Below are positions 12,319-25,500 of a stretch of 64,000 nucleotides of DNA, piece by piece. The DNA comes from Epiperipatus broadwayi (Eukaryota; Animalia; Onychophora), in assembly GCA_028023455.1 (NCBI GenBank), contig JAQFVV010000007.1, positions 2,852,001 through 2,916,000 on the forward strand. Reading direction: 5' to 3'. Positions within the stretch are counted from its first letter, which is position 1, and every line of letters starts with the position of its first letter. The notes under the pieces were generated by a model. That model saw only the letters and a list, made by a program, of their open reading frames with translations, made no database searches and was not told the DNA's origin. Position numbers and translations under genes: made by a program.

Positions 12319-13363
12319 AAAACAGGCAAAACTCTCCATACCATAGTGCCACTCAGTGCAAGCTAGAGTAATTAATGGATGCTAGAAGGCTTGTGCATAA
12401 AATCCCCATGTAGTGCCTATTCATCCAATATTCCCAGACTAGTTTCTAGCTTGTGACTTTCATCAGTGAGGAACTTTGCATCCAAGAACACTGCACCTAG
12501 GTCTTAGGATCTAGTGCAACCCCCCAGAAGTCACCTTTTATCTCTACTTAACTACAAAACCATGAGTCTAAAATTTGAAAACATGATAATATTTTCAATC
12601 CAAGCTCATTAGCTTATATAGTCATTTAGGACTGAACTCTATTTCAGTACCCATACATTTCTGTGTCTTTGGTTCTTTAATAACCATAGCCATCACTATC
12701 CTATTAGGCAGGATTGCTATTACACCACTAAGCATCACATGATCATCATTTCTTATGCTTGCTCATAACTGTTATTAAAACAGGTAAAACTCTCAAACTC
12801 TTTATACAGAAGCTAGTCTGGAATATTCGATGAGTAGATACTAGATAGGGATTTTATGCACAAGGCTTCTGGCATCTATTGATTACTCTGGTTTGCACTG
12901 AGTGGCACTACTGTATGGAGAGTTTTGCCTGTTTTAATAACAGTTATAAGCAAGCATAAGAAATGGTGATCATGTGAGTTTAATGGTTTAATATCAATCT
13001 TGTCTAATGGGATAGTGGTGACTATAGTTATTAAAGAACCAAAGACACCAAAATGTATGGGTATTGAACTAAGTTCAGACCTATATGACTATATAAGCTA
13101 ATAAACTTGGATTAAAAATATTGTGTTTTCAATTTTAAACTCATAATTTTGTAGTTAAGTAGAGATAAAAGGTGGCTGCTGGAGGGTTGCATTAAATCAT
13201 AAGATCTAGGTGCAGTGCTAGGCCCTAAATAGGGATTTTTGACAAGCCTTCTGTCATCCATTGATTACTCTGACTTGCACTGGGTGGCACTACTGTATGG
13301 AGAGTTTTGCCTGTTTTAATAACAGTTATGAGCAAGCATAAGAAATGGCAATCATGTGATGTC
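12319..13363. mobile_element. Inverted, TSD-flanked insertion of an apparently non-coding ~460-bp hammerhead-bearing repeat (PLE-type/retrozyme-like)
   Basis: Left arm 12319-12794 (458-bp period, AACAGG.AAAACTCTC at 12321 and 12779). Right arm 12809-13363 is the reverse complement plus a ~45-nt tail. 11-bp TSD AGAAAAGAATT at 12308-12318 and 13364-13374. Confidence 0.85.
12431..12473 (-). ncRNA. Minimal type I hammerhead ribozyme with palindromic stem III
   Basis: Minus strand UUCCUCA-CUGAUGA-AAGUCACAAGCUA-GAAA-CUAG-UC|UGGGAA: canonical core, GUC triplet, stem III ACUAGU self-complementary. Stem II base is an A-A mismatch. Confidence 0.75.
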
Positions 13364-13725
13364 AGAAAAGAATTGTTAATGAAAAATTCTGGACATTTGG
13401 AAAGTTATGGGAAGAGACCAAACAAATGGTAGAATATAAACTGAGTTGAAAAAGATATTCCAGCATTACATTAGCATAGCTGTAAAAGATTAGTAAATAT
13501 TATTATTAGGGGATTATCATTAATTAATGAAAAATAAAGATTAATCTTAAGGTTTATTAGAATGAGCCATTGGGAATGTATTGAGTAATTCTGGGACCCC
13601 AAATTCTAGAGCTGAAAAGAATATAAAAAGCTATAATTCTGGTATTGCAATTTCTAAAAAATCTGTCAAATTGAATTACTATACTGTATTACCAAAATGA
13701 AGTAAAAACTCATGTCTTTTTAAAT

Positions 13726-13764
<39 letters not shown>

Positions 13765-15229
13765 GACATTATAAATATATATATATATATATATATATAC
13801 TGTGTAAAAAAAATACAGTAAAAGATTTTTATATTTATTCCAGATAAGCTTTTCACATAATTGCAATTATTTAATTCTTAAAAATTTACAGCGTTTATTT
13901 ATTTTTTATAATTTAGAATAAAGTTCCTATTTTATATCTTTACATTTTTTATAAAATTAAATAACTAATATTTTTTAAATAATATTCTGTTGGGTTTTTT
14001 TTTTTCTTTCTTATATAATACTTAAAAGAATAGAAGTGATTGTAGTTTAAACTAAAAATTCTTAATTTGAACCTGGTTAAAAGATTAAGTACCATATTTC
14101 TAGAGAAGTCTTTTGTGTCTTGGAATTTGTTTTACATCTTTTCTGGCGTTAAAGTATTTCAGTATTTAAAAAAAATTCAAAAATTATCAAATTTTGTTGA
14201 CACATGATGTTTTTGAATAGAAAATAGAATAAGGGGTTTTACTTTGTAAAAATATTTACCTATAAAAGAAAGACTAAAAAAATTTGGTAATAATAGCCAG
14301 TGTTAGAATAATGTGTATTACTTGAATTTTTAATTTACTGATTTCACTAAACAATTACAGTAAAAAAAAAAAAAAACTTTGTACTGGGTTTACTTACGTT
14401 TCTTCCCTCTCCAATTTATTTTGAATATCCCCAACTTATAAAAAATAATTCATATTTCTTAAATGCATTTATGGTATAAACATATTAAAATCTTCTCTTA
14501 CATATCTATTTTTATAATTAAACAACTATTTAAAATTATGATATAATATGACATGTATTAATGAGAATTTATTAAATTCAGGTGTCATATCTAGATACTA
14601 ATATTCAACTTTGTTTTTTTTTTTTATCTGACCCCAAATTCTGTACTGATTTTCTTTATTGTTTTGCCTTGATTTCTTTTATTATATATTGTAATCTAGT
14701 ACCATAGTTTACATATATAAAAAATAGCTATTTCATTGTAATGCTAGAAGTATCCTGTTTGTTAAGGTTTATTTACTGATTTGTGTGAGATAATTGGCTG
14801 ATTTTTGCTCAGCAAGATAAGTTAAAGTTTTATATATTTTCAGGAACATCTAGATAAAAATTTTCTGTTTCTGGAGAATATTTGTTTAGAGGGTGGATGA
14901 GAAAAAAGTGTTGAAACACAGAGAGATAATTTAATTAGATTTAGAAGGATTGAGAAAAATATTGCTAACATGTTGCGTGGGGTTGTCCATGGTGTCCAGT
15001 TGTCCATCCTCCCTACATTTTAAATATAAAGGGAAATTTTTTTTGTTTACTGTATTTATGAGGCCTTAAAACTAAGCATATGTAAGATTAATTGGGTTTT
15101 AGGAGGTGCACTCTTTATAAGTGAAAAAGTGGTTTATTTGAGAAAGAGGAGTAACATTGAGGTGTGAGTTTAGAAGAGCAAGTGTTTCTAGATCTCCATT
15201 ATAACATAATAGAAACATTTTTTTTTATA

Positions 15230-16517
15230 TAAAGACATTTGGATATTGGTAGAAAAATTATAAATTTAAATATAGAGTAGTGGAATTGGAAAAATAAGGA
15301 AATATGAATGGCATTTGTATGTCACAATATATGTATGATGGTCAGAAGAAAACTAGGCATGCTTTGGTTGAGAATATAGCATATGATAAGGTTTTTATTT
15401 GAAGTGTTTAAATAAGACTAGAAAGATATAAAAGGTGTATGATTATGTATATCATTTATAAATGTGATAAAAGAGCTTAAATGGTTTTTAAGTATAGATA
15501 TTTTGAAGAGAACATCAGGAGAAATAAAGAAAAATGTAGATAAGGATGATAGAATGGAGTATATATTTAATAGAGTGACAAGAGATATAGATAACAAAAT
15601 AAGTAGTGCAATAGGGATATAGTTAGGTAAAGAAGAAAAAAGATAGAGGAAGAGATAAAGAATATAGAAGTAAAATTAAAAGCATTAGATATGAAGTGTG
15701 AACAGATCAAAGAATTACTCAATAGAAATGATACAAAAGAAGTAGGTAAGGAAGTTCAAAAGATTGAAGAGAATGTTATAGATGAATTAGGGAAAGTAAA
15801 CTATGTTTTGATAGGAGACTCACTAATTAGAGAATGTGGAGATGTAATTGCAAGGGAAAATAGAAATAGGTATATAGGAGTATGTTTGTCTGGAGCTAGA
15901 ATTATGGATGTTACATATAAGATAAATAAACAGAGGGATAGAGATGTTTATGTTATGGAAGGAACAAGTCACTAGAGAGAGTAATGGATGAGTACAAAGA
16001 ATTGATTAGTAATTTGAACAAGATTAAAGGAAGAGTATAAGTAGTTGGATTATACTAAGATTTGAAAATAGGTATATGTTGGATAGGGCATGTTCTATAA
16101 ATGAGAGATTTAAATAATTATATGACAAAAATAACATTATGTTTGTGGATGAATGGGATTTTTTTATTAGCAAGAGGGAGTTATACAGTAAAGATGAATT
16201 GCATTTAGCAAAACAAGAAAGTGAAGCACTAGGGGTTTTGATTTATAAAAAAATATTATAGTTTGAGAAACTTATAGGGGGGAGTATGGTTTTAAATTAC
16301 AGTATTATCAAAAAGAAGGTTAAAGATAGATAGGATGTAAGAAGTAAACAAAGGGTAGTTGATCCAGATATAAATGCAGTTGTGGAGAAGTAATGGGTTT
16401 GTAAAACTAATGATAAACAAACTAATTACAAATATAATAAATAAAAAAAAAAGTCAAAAGAATTTATAAAAGAGTAGTACGAAAGAAGAATTTGTTAATT
16501 GGATATTTGAATATGCA
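15230..16517 (+). pseudogene. Decayed CR1/L2-type ORF1 with SGNH esterase domain, ending in the first APE motif of ORF2
   Basis: VLIGDSLIR..VCLSGARIMDV, later FVDEWDFF..YSKDELHL (SGNH/GDSL blocks, DGLHL-like), preceded by a Lys/Glu coiled-coil-like stretch. LLIGYLNMQG at 16493-16522. Confidence 0.7.
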
Positions 16518-18017
16518 AGGTAATTTTGGTTATGGTAATAGAAGTTAGAGAAAACATAGACTTGTGGAGTTTGCAGAAAAAGAAAAACTTTATATTATGA
16601 ATTCTTTTTTTGAGAAAAATGTTAAAAGAAAATGGACATGGAAGTATCCAAATAAAGGTACAGCAGAATTGCATTATATTTTGACTAACAGAAAATAGAT
16701 ATTTCAAGATTGTAATGTTCTTAATAAATTTAACACAGGAAGTGATCATCGATTAGTAAGATGTAAGATATGTGTTAATGCAAAACTAAAGAGACAAAAA
16801 TTATTAAGAAAACAATATTTACTGTTGATATTTCTAATCTTCAGAAACATTCTAATGAATTTAAATTAGAACTTACAAATCGATTTCAAGTATTAGTAGA
16901 TTTTAAACATGATTCAGATTTGAATGAAATTCATATGAAAATAACTGACATACTTTTAAAAACTGCTACAAAGATAGCTGGTAGAAAAAAGCAGCAATTG
17001 ATCAATAAAATTTCTACTGAGACTAGAGAATTTATAAAGAAAAGAAGGAATATGAAGTTATACAAAAATGATGCATTAAAAAGGATTGAATATCTCAAAT
17101 TTTGTAAAATGGTGTGGAAAAGAATTGAAAATGATATAAGAAAGTATAACTGTGAACTAGCAATGAAAGCTGTAGAAGAGAATAAAAGTCTCAAGAGTGT
17201 AAAACAACATTTTGGTATTGGTAGGAAATTTATATCTGCAATAAGAAAAAAAAATGGAATTACTACTAAAAAGAGAGATGACATCATGAAATGGGTAGAA
17301 GACTTTTATTAAGAATTATATAGTAATAAAGAACAAGTACCTCCTATATCTATTACATCTTCTGAATTGCCCAGAATTTTAAATAAAGAATTGAGACATG
17401 CAATTAAATGTATAAAGAAAGGAAAGGCTTCAGGTAATGATGGAATTGTCTAAATGATAAAGATGTACCAGATGATTGGAAAAATGTAGTATTAATATTA
17501 ATATTTAAAAAGGGTGATAAAGAAGTTATTAGAAATTACAGACATATCAGCCTTTTATCAGTTTTATACAAAATTTTTACCAACTCGTCTACAAAGAACA
17601 TTGGATTTCCACCAACCAAGAGAACAAGCTGGATTTAAAAGTGATTTTAGTACAATAGATCATATCCAGGTATTGAGAGAAGTTATAGAAAGGACAAATG
17701 AATATGAGTTGCCATTCTGCTTTGGGTTTGTAGATTATGAAAAGGCATTTGATTGTATAAACATTTCTTCAGTGATTAAAGCATTGGATCATCAAGGTAT
17801 AGATCCAGAATATTGTCATATTTTAAAGAATATTTATAAAAATGCAACAGCAACAATTAGATTTCACAATGATATTGGGAAAGTCAACATTGAGAAGGGT
17901 GTAAGACAGGGTGAATCCATATCTCCAAAACATTTTACAGTATTGCTGCAAGAAGTATTTTATGGATTAAAATGGGAAGCTAAAGGAGTGAAAGTTAATG
18001 GAGATTATTTAAGTCAT
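16518..18017 (+). pseudogene. Internal fragment of the same RTE family as 5412-8708, with stops and a ~65-bp deletion near 17450
   Basis: Colinear with 7778 to 6200 of the intact copy, above 90% identity in windows compared by eye. Ends at DYLSH, just before FADD. Confidence 0.9.
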
Positions 18018-21000
18018 AAAAATATATATTAAAATGGATTTATTTTTTCTTCCACTTATTTATATAAGACATGAGTGTATACGAGTGTAAAGTTAATGTT
18101 TGCAGATCTTAAAAGACCGTGAGCTGAAACTAGTTAATTAAATACACTTTTTATTAATTTGCCAAATGATACGACTACTTTCACACTGAAGATAAATGTA
18201 AAAAAAAACAAAAAAACAATATAGCCAACATATAATTTACTGAGATCAATATTATTCACATAGCAAACGCTGTTTGTTCTTTCAGGAACCAGACGATTGT
18301 GAAATAATCTATATACAATGAATTAATAAGAAAATACAATATATGAATAAATAAATTTTTATTTTTATATACAAAAAAGTTTCAATTATTATTGAATTTA
18401 AATATTCGAATTATTTAAAATAATTATAAATAAATATAAACAGGATATAGAAAAACAGCTGAATTTTCAATAGTAAAAACTTTTATAGTTATTTGAAGTC
18501 ATAAAACACCAATTGCGTCACTTCTGGAATCATAAAAAAACATATTTAATTTATTTATTATGCTAATTTACATATTCAAAACTTTAAAATGGATGTTGTA
18601 AATTTTACGTATTTGTTGAATACAGATAGATAGATGATCGCCTCTATTACGCAAAGCACTTTATAGCTTTTAAAAAAAAAAATCTCAAAAAAGAAAAACT
18701 TTTGTGAACTTTATAATCTCCCCTCTTAATAAACATTTAACATTAGAAATTTTCAAATGCTAGTTTTATATATATATAATATGAAAACATTACAAAATAA
18801 AACATAATTGTTAAATTGTGCTTGTCTTGAATATATTTAAATAATTTATTTTTAAAAAACATTTTTGTGTATTCTCTTCTCTCTATAGATACATGCACAA
18901 TATAATATTATAATTTTTAAATTCTGTGCTGATACATTTGATCTTTGAAGAATCTCAAAGATAGTTTGTTATTATTTGTCATTTCTTATTACAGTTTATT
19001 AAGGATGTAAGTAACTTGTTACATATTACCTAAAATACATCTAGATATAATATGAACTCATCAGCAGTTAATTTCAAATATTATAAAAATATCAACGATT
19101 CACTTAATTCACCTTTATTTATTAATTAAAAACAGAAATTACAACCGGGAAGATCACAAAAGTAATAATAAAAATATATACTGAATAACATTTCATCCAT
19201 CATAAGACTATGGATTTGTGATCATGTCTTTTCTCTAAGGACTGTGTTCTATGCTTGGAGTAGATGATACTTTTTCCATCAATAGTAAAGGCTATGTCAT
19301 ACTGTACTCATACGACTATCCATATTAACTCGTGGCTTTTATTCACCAGCAGTTTTTGATATCTTTTTTCAAACAAATATTTGCTGACATTGGATTAACT
19401 AAGGGCCGATTACTTGAAAAAAAAAAAAATTCTAAACCTGAAAATGTCTCAAGAAATATTTAAGTTTTAGTCAACTAATCATGAATTTAGGCTAGGGCTT
19501 GTCAAATAAATAAGCTAACCACTTTGCTATGCCCCTTCTCTCTTCTAATTTCTTCGAAATATGCAAATGGCGATTATAATGGTACTGGTAATTTGATTAT
19601 AATTTATATTGTGAATCTCATAAACTTGAACAGTAGTGAAATAAAAAAAATTATTTTTCCCTTTTGGGTTTACCTTTAAGAGAATGCAATTCATGAGCTA
19701 AGTTTTCTATTAATTTTTACCTCATGAAAGTAATAAAAAAGTATTTTTTTTATTAATTGAAGAGAATTATTGTGTTTTGTCTGATTTGGGTGCTTAAACA
19801 TCAAAGCTCTATCACAGCAACTGATCCAGGGTTATAAAGAAATGAAAAATAATTTATATTTATAAATAATATTCACTTTATTAATCAAAAAAAGCCAAAG
19901 AAGAGTGGCAATTTGAAGTATTTATGCTACTAATACTTAAATGTTCTTCGGTTTTCACTACTTTTATGCCATCTATTAAATTTAGTAATCATCAGATGCC
20001 AGATCATATTTTTCAATAAATTCTTATTGAGTAATGTCTTATCTAAAAAAAATCCAGATTCATTTCTAGATTATAGCTTTTAGTATTGAGAAGCTTTTTG
20101 GATTTTTTTATTTATTAGTGTCTTAGAACCTTTTTGGATCTAAAGCATTTTTCCTCTAGCAGCAATTTTTTTACTTTTTGTTATACTGCCAAGCTAACAA
20201 TCCAAATTTTAAAAAACTTGTTAAATCCAAGCTTACTTGCTTGTATGATTATATAGATCAGAAAATAGTTTAATTTTTGAATATTATGGTGACCTTAATT
20301 TTTTTATAATTTTCAGCATCTTTATTCTTTGGCCAGAATTGGTACAAAATCATTACAGCACCACATGATTGAACTTACACAGTGCTCTCATTAGTAACTA
20401 GATGGCATAAAAGTAGTGAGCTAATGAATAGCAATGTATAAACTAAGATCATGTAATATCTTAAAGGTTTAATACTTAAACATGGTTTACCATTTTCATG
20501 TTGGAATTGAAGAAAGAATAGTTATTATAGAAAAAGATAAGAAATTTAAAGAGGAAGTTCAGCAGAACTATAGTAATCTTAAAATATTTGATTTGTCTCA
20601 ACTTAAAATAAAACAACTTTAAATAGATTCCAGAATTTTGTTACAGAGGTACAATGAATGAGAAGACATCAGACTGGTATAACAACAGTTATAGAGGATA
20701 TATTCTTTAGCTAACAATTATTATTATTATTTAGTAGGTATTTTTAAAACTTTCACTCCACCATACATTTTAGAAATATATGAATAAAATCACTGAAAAA
20801 GATAAATGACTCATAATATGCATTTCATGCTGAACCAGCATTCTTTAGTTGGCCTAGATGACATGATTACTGATAGTCACTAATGTTTTTATATGAAGTG
20901 GATGGTACCAAAGTTGTAAATCAAATTCTGATAATAGTTAGATGTTAATTTTTAAGCCTATAAAATAATGCTTAGCTGTATCAAGTGTCACTCCATTGGA

Positions 21001-22447
21001 AAAATCTTCATAATACCTAAAAAAAAACCTCGAATCTTAGATACTATCTAAAACAAGTTTTTCTTCCTTAATATTTAAACATATAATTTTGATTGAATTG
21101 TTTAAAAAGCAGGTTAAATTTAACTAAAGAATCCAAGGGTGATAAAATTTGTAACTGAGATTTAAAAATAAAACAAAAATATAATTTATTGAATTATAAA
21201 ATTTCAATTAAATCGTTTATTATTAGGAGGTGCTTCAGTGGATTTCCTTATGGCTTGAGTTCATTTTTTGCATCAAAATAATTATGTATGTATGTTTGAG
21301 TCTGATAAAAGAGAAATTTGGAAATATATATTTCTAATATGGTAAAGGCTGGTGGATTCAGTAAAAGTGATATTTGTTGAGCATTTTAAAATCAATAATA
21401 TGTAGAGGAATGAAAAAGTTAGAAATGACAAGAAATGGATATCTGACCATATCAGTATTAGGAATAAACTTGTAGTAATTAATATATGTGGAGAAGTTTA
21501 ATGTGGGCTTTAAATCATCTAAAAATTGAACAGATTAATCGAATAACAGAAGATAAAGAAGATAAAATGGATTTACTAAATATTGTATATGCATGAGTTT
21601 GCCCAGCCAAACTGACTGCCCTATATATTAATATGTAACAGTTTTAAATTATAATAACTGTAAATAATAAACAATAATAATATATAAATTAAGCAGTAGT
21701 ACTTTCGATTATGTTGTAATTGTTATCAACTGAAGTAATTCAGATTTTAAAAAAGCAGATAAGATTTTCTAAGAACTGTGTATATCCATATCTATGGATT
21801 GTGGAGTTATATATACAAGTTAAATTTATTTATAAAAATCACCTCTTTAATTTTCCCCTTTTATGTTGTTTTTCTTCATTTAATATTCCAGTGCAACCTG
21901 GTTTAAAAGTAAAATGTAAAATGGCAAGATTTTTTATGATCAAAGAAAATTGAAGCAGTATTAGACTGGTTATTTATAGCATTTTTTATATGGCTATATT
22001 GGTAATTTGTAATTGGTGTTCTTTTAGTCTTTTTTTTTTTAAAGTAAAGTTTGATTCTCCAGCGTATGATTTTTTGCATCCAATATAATTTGATAGATAT
22101 GATTTTTTTTTTTCGTTTTTAGAAATAACATTTTTAGAATTATTAATCAATCAGTTTATATTTGAGAAACTTACCATGGGATTGGAAATCAAAGCAGAAT
22201 ATATAAAGACCAAGAGTTAATATACAAAAAAATTAAATGTTGTTTAAAAAAATTTAGTTTGAAATGTTGTTGAATTGTTAACTATGAGTTAAAGAGTTGA
22301 AAATGTTTCTAAAATTAATTTTCAAGTATATTCTCTGTTATAATGTCTTTATGTATATATATATGATTCCGAATATTTTTAATTAATGCATCCTTTAGAT
22401 GTTGCAATTTAAGCAATAAAATAATTTAAAATATATAGACTAGTCAA

Positions 22448-22519
22448 GCGTTGGTGGCCGAGTGGTTAGCACAGCTGCCTTATAAGTAGTTGTCCAGGGT
22501 TCACTTCCTAGCTGACTCT
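22448..22519 (+). pseudogene. tRNA-Gly(TCC)-derived pseudogene or SINE head
   Basis: GCGTTGGTGG..AGTGGTTAGCA.AGCTGCCTT..AAG.AGTTG.CC.GGGTTC..TTCC aligns to eukaryotic tRNA-Gly-TCC. Anticodon now TAT; acceptor and T stems broken. Confidence 0.7.
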
Positions 22520-25500
22520 TTGACACATTAATATATATATATATAATAAATAAAAGTGGGACAATGAAACTAAAACCTATTTATATTTTAAAATAAAAAG
22601 AGAATATATAAATAAAAATAAGCAAGTAGAAAAATCAATTTAAAAATGGGTTCAGACAAAAATATTAATTTAAAAAAGTATTTTTTTTTTTTTTAAAAAA
22701 AAAAAGAATGAGAATGATTATAATAGAAGATAGAGTTATATGTAAAGAGTCTAGTTGTATAAGAAATTGATGTACGTCTTAATATGGCCAGAACCTGGAA
22801 TTTAAACCAGATGGTCAATCCATAATCAACCCAGTTAGCCATTCAATTATTGTTCAGTAAATAGATATTTTATTAATAAAAAAGATAATTTTAACACTGA
22901 AGACAATAGAAAAAACTGATTGTGCTCAAAAATGAACTTTTAGAGTCTATTAAAGTTTATTATGCAATTATATATTACTTTCTAAATAAAGATCAAATTG
23001 GTATTTTGATCGATATTATTACAAAAAAATAAAAAATATTCAATCAACATAAAACATAATTTATTCAATATAAAGTATTATCATAAAATATCTATCAGAA
23101 GTGTCAACAAATAATAATGATTGATAACAAAGTCTTATATAAATAGAAAAAGAATTAATTTCCAAAATTTAAGATTCATTTTAGGATAAAAAAAAATTGT
23201 AATCGAATAATTAACGGAAATTCATAGGAAATTTCTAAGAAGTTAAAACATCAGAAATTAAACTACAATTTATGAATGTTCAGCTCCAAAGTTCCTTATT
23301 CTTCGGCTGCACTAAATTATGCAGGGTCATTTTAAAATAAAATATTGATAACACTAGAAACCATGGATGAAATTAGTTATAAAATGCATATGGCAGATGT
23401 TGCAGTTAAAAATTTCTTATCAGCACTAATGTTAAAACAAAATAAGAATAGATACATTTACTATCATATTCAACAATATGATTAAATGTTTAAGCATAAA
23501 TCGATTGCAGTACTAACTACTTAAGCTCAGTCAATGAAATTCAAATAGATAATGTTCTAAAATTTTCTAATACCATTTCTGGTTTAAATTGTTTGCGATA
23601 TATTTTCAATCTTCAAAAACACTTTATGAGCCAATTATTATACAAAAGGCCTTGTCCTATGCAGATTAATTTAAAAAGCTAAAATAGCTTAAATAGTAAA
23701 GCAAATTAACCCTCTAACTACTGCAAAGCAAAGAACAATCTAATATCTTTCTGAAAATAAACAACGAATACATAAAAAAAATCAAATTACAGAAAATGAA
23801 ACTTTACAATTTTCTTGTTTTTTATTTTCTACCTAACAATAACTTAAAAAAAAAAAAAAATTGACTATTATGCAAATTTATTTTTTATAATAAATAACTT
23901 GTTCGCAGTAATCATTTCTTACTATATCCATATTAAAAGATCTATAATACTTAGATTATATGATCAGATACAATATGAATTATTTTCATTGGAAGGATAT
24001 TGTTGACCAATATAAGTGAGAGCTACATATTGTCTTTTAAAAAGAACTTAAAATTAAACAGGATTTTGGTTATCTGTATATGTATATTTCAAATTACAGA
24101 CTGTATCTGCAATTTGAGTCATTACTGGTTCTATTTATGAATCATAAAATATAATGTTTAAGTCTAGCTGATAGCAAGCAACAGTATACAATTTATATGC
24201 GCGGGACAATGAATAGAATACTTTTTGATATAAATTTTTATTAAATGTTATTATTTTATAAAAGTTGATTGAAACAATTACATATATACATCTATCTTGC
24301 AATTCTCATTTTTTAAAAAACCGTAATGACTACCTGAACTAATTACATAATATTTAATCGACATTGACGTTGTTTTTTTTTTTTTTACTTGTCCTTATGT
24401 ATATACAAATATGTGCGCGTGTTAATAGTTATCTATATAAATTGTTTTAAAAATTCATTTTATTGCAGGTGCTATTAATTCTAAAAATGATTAATATTAA
24501 GGACGAGAGTAAATGTTAAACGGATGTTATATTTATCAACCTCTTACTTTATACATTATAAACAAAATGCAGTATTTTGTAAAATAGCAGTTTAAAATGT
24601 TACCTTTTGTGAACTTTATTTTCAATGTTTCAAAGAGTTTCTTTAAAAACTTTTATTAAAAAGTAGGACTAACAATGAAAAAATTTTAAATTTATTAACC
24701 ATAAAAATCAATGCCTCAGGCTTTCAGTTTTAACATTTATTTCCTTTTTTTTTTTTTAATATTGAATACTATGAAAAGTTAAATAGAGACATAACGTTCA
24801 TTCTCTGAAGACGTAAAAATATAATCGATTCTTTGTCACGTGGCTCACTACAACTTTGTACTGAACAACTTAAAACGATAAATTTATCAACTGTCTTCAG
24901 TGTTCGCAGCTGTAGGATAGAGTAATAAATTAATTGTTTAGTAGATTGCAGGCAACAGTACTTGTTTAAAGTTTTCCAATTATAATTAGAAATCAAACAA
25001 AATACAAAAATATAAGTTAATTTTGAATATATAGGTTTTGTTTTATATATGTCGATTGCTTTCGTTGATTTTTTAATACTTTCTAAATAAATCTAAACAA
25101 ATTCAATCAAGTAATAAAAAATAATGTTTAAAATTTATATTAAAAAGAATAAATACTTCAACAATATTTTAAGCGGATATGCTTATTTTACTGAATATAT
25201 TTGGTTTTATTTTTTTCTTTAGATTAGTTTAGTTTAATCATGAATTTGATGTTTTATTTGTTTTAAATTTTTAACCATGTAAAAGTAATTTTAATGTTTT
25301 CCATGTAAGCAGATATTTATATTGTCAAATATTAATCTTGCTAAATGATAAATGTTGTTTTAAATTTGTTTATTTTTTCATTTAACATAATCAAGTGTTT
25401 TGATTAATATATTTTTTTGTAATTTAATTTTTTACTTCATACACTTTTTCCTGCATTTTATGTCAAAATTTTAGGATTTTAACATTTCTCTTGTAATTGA

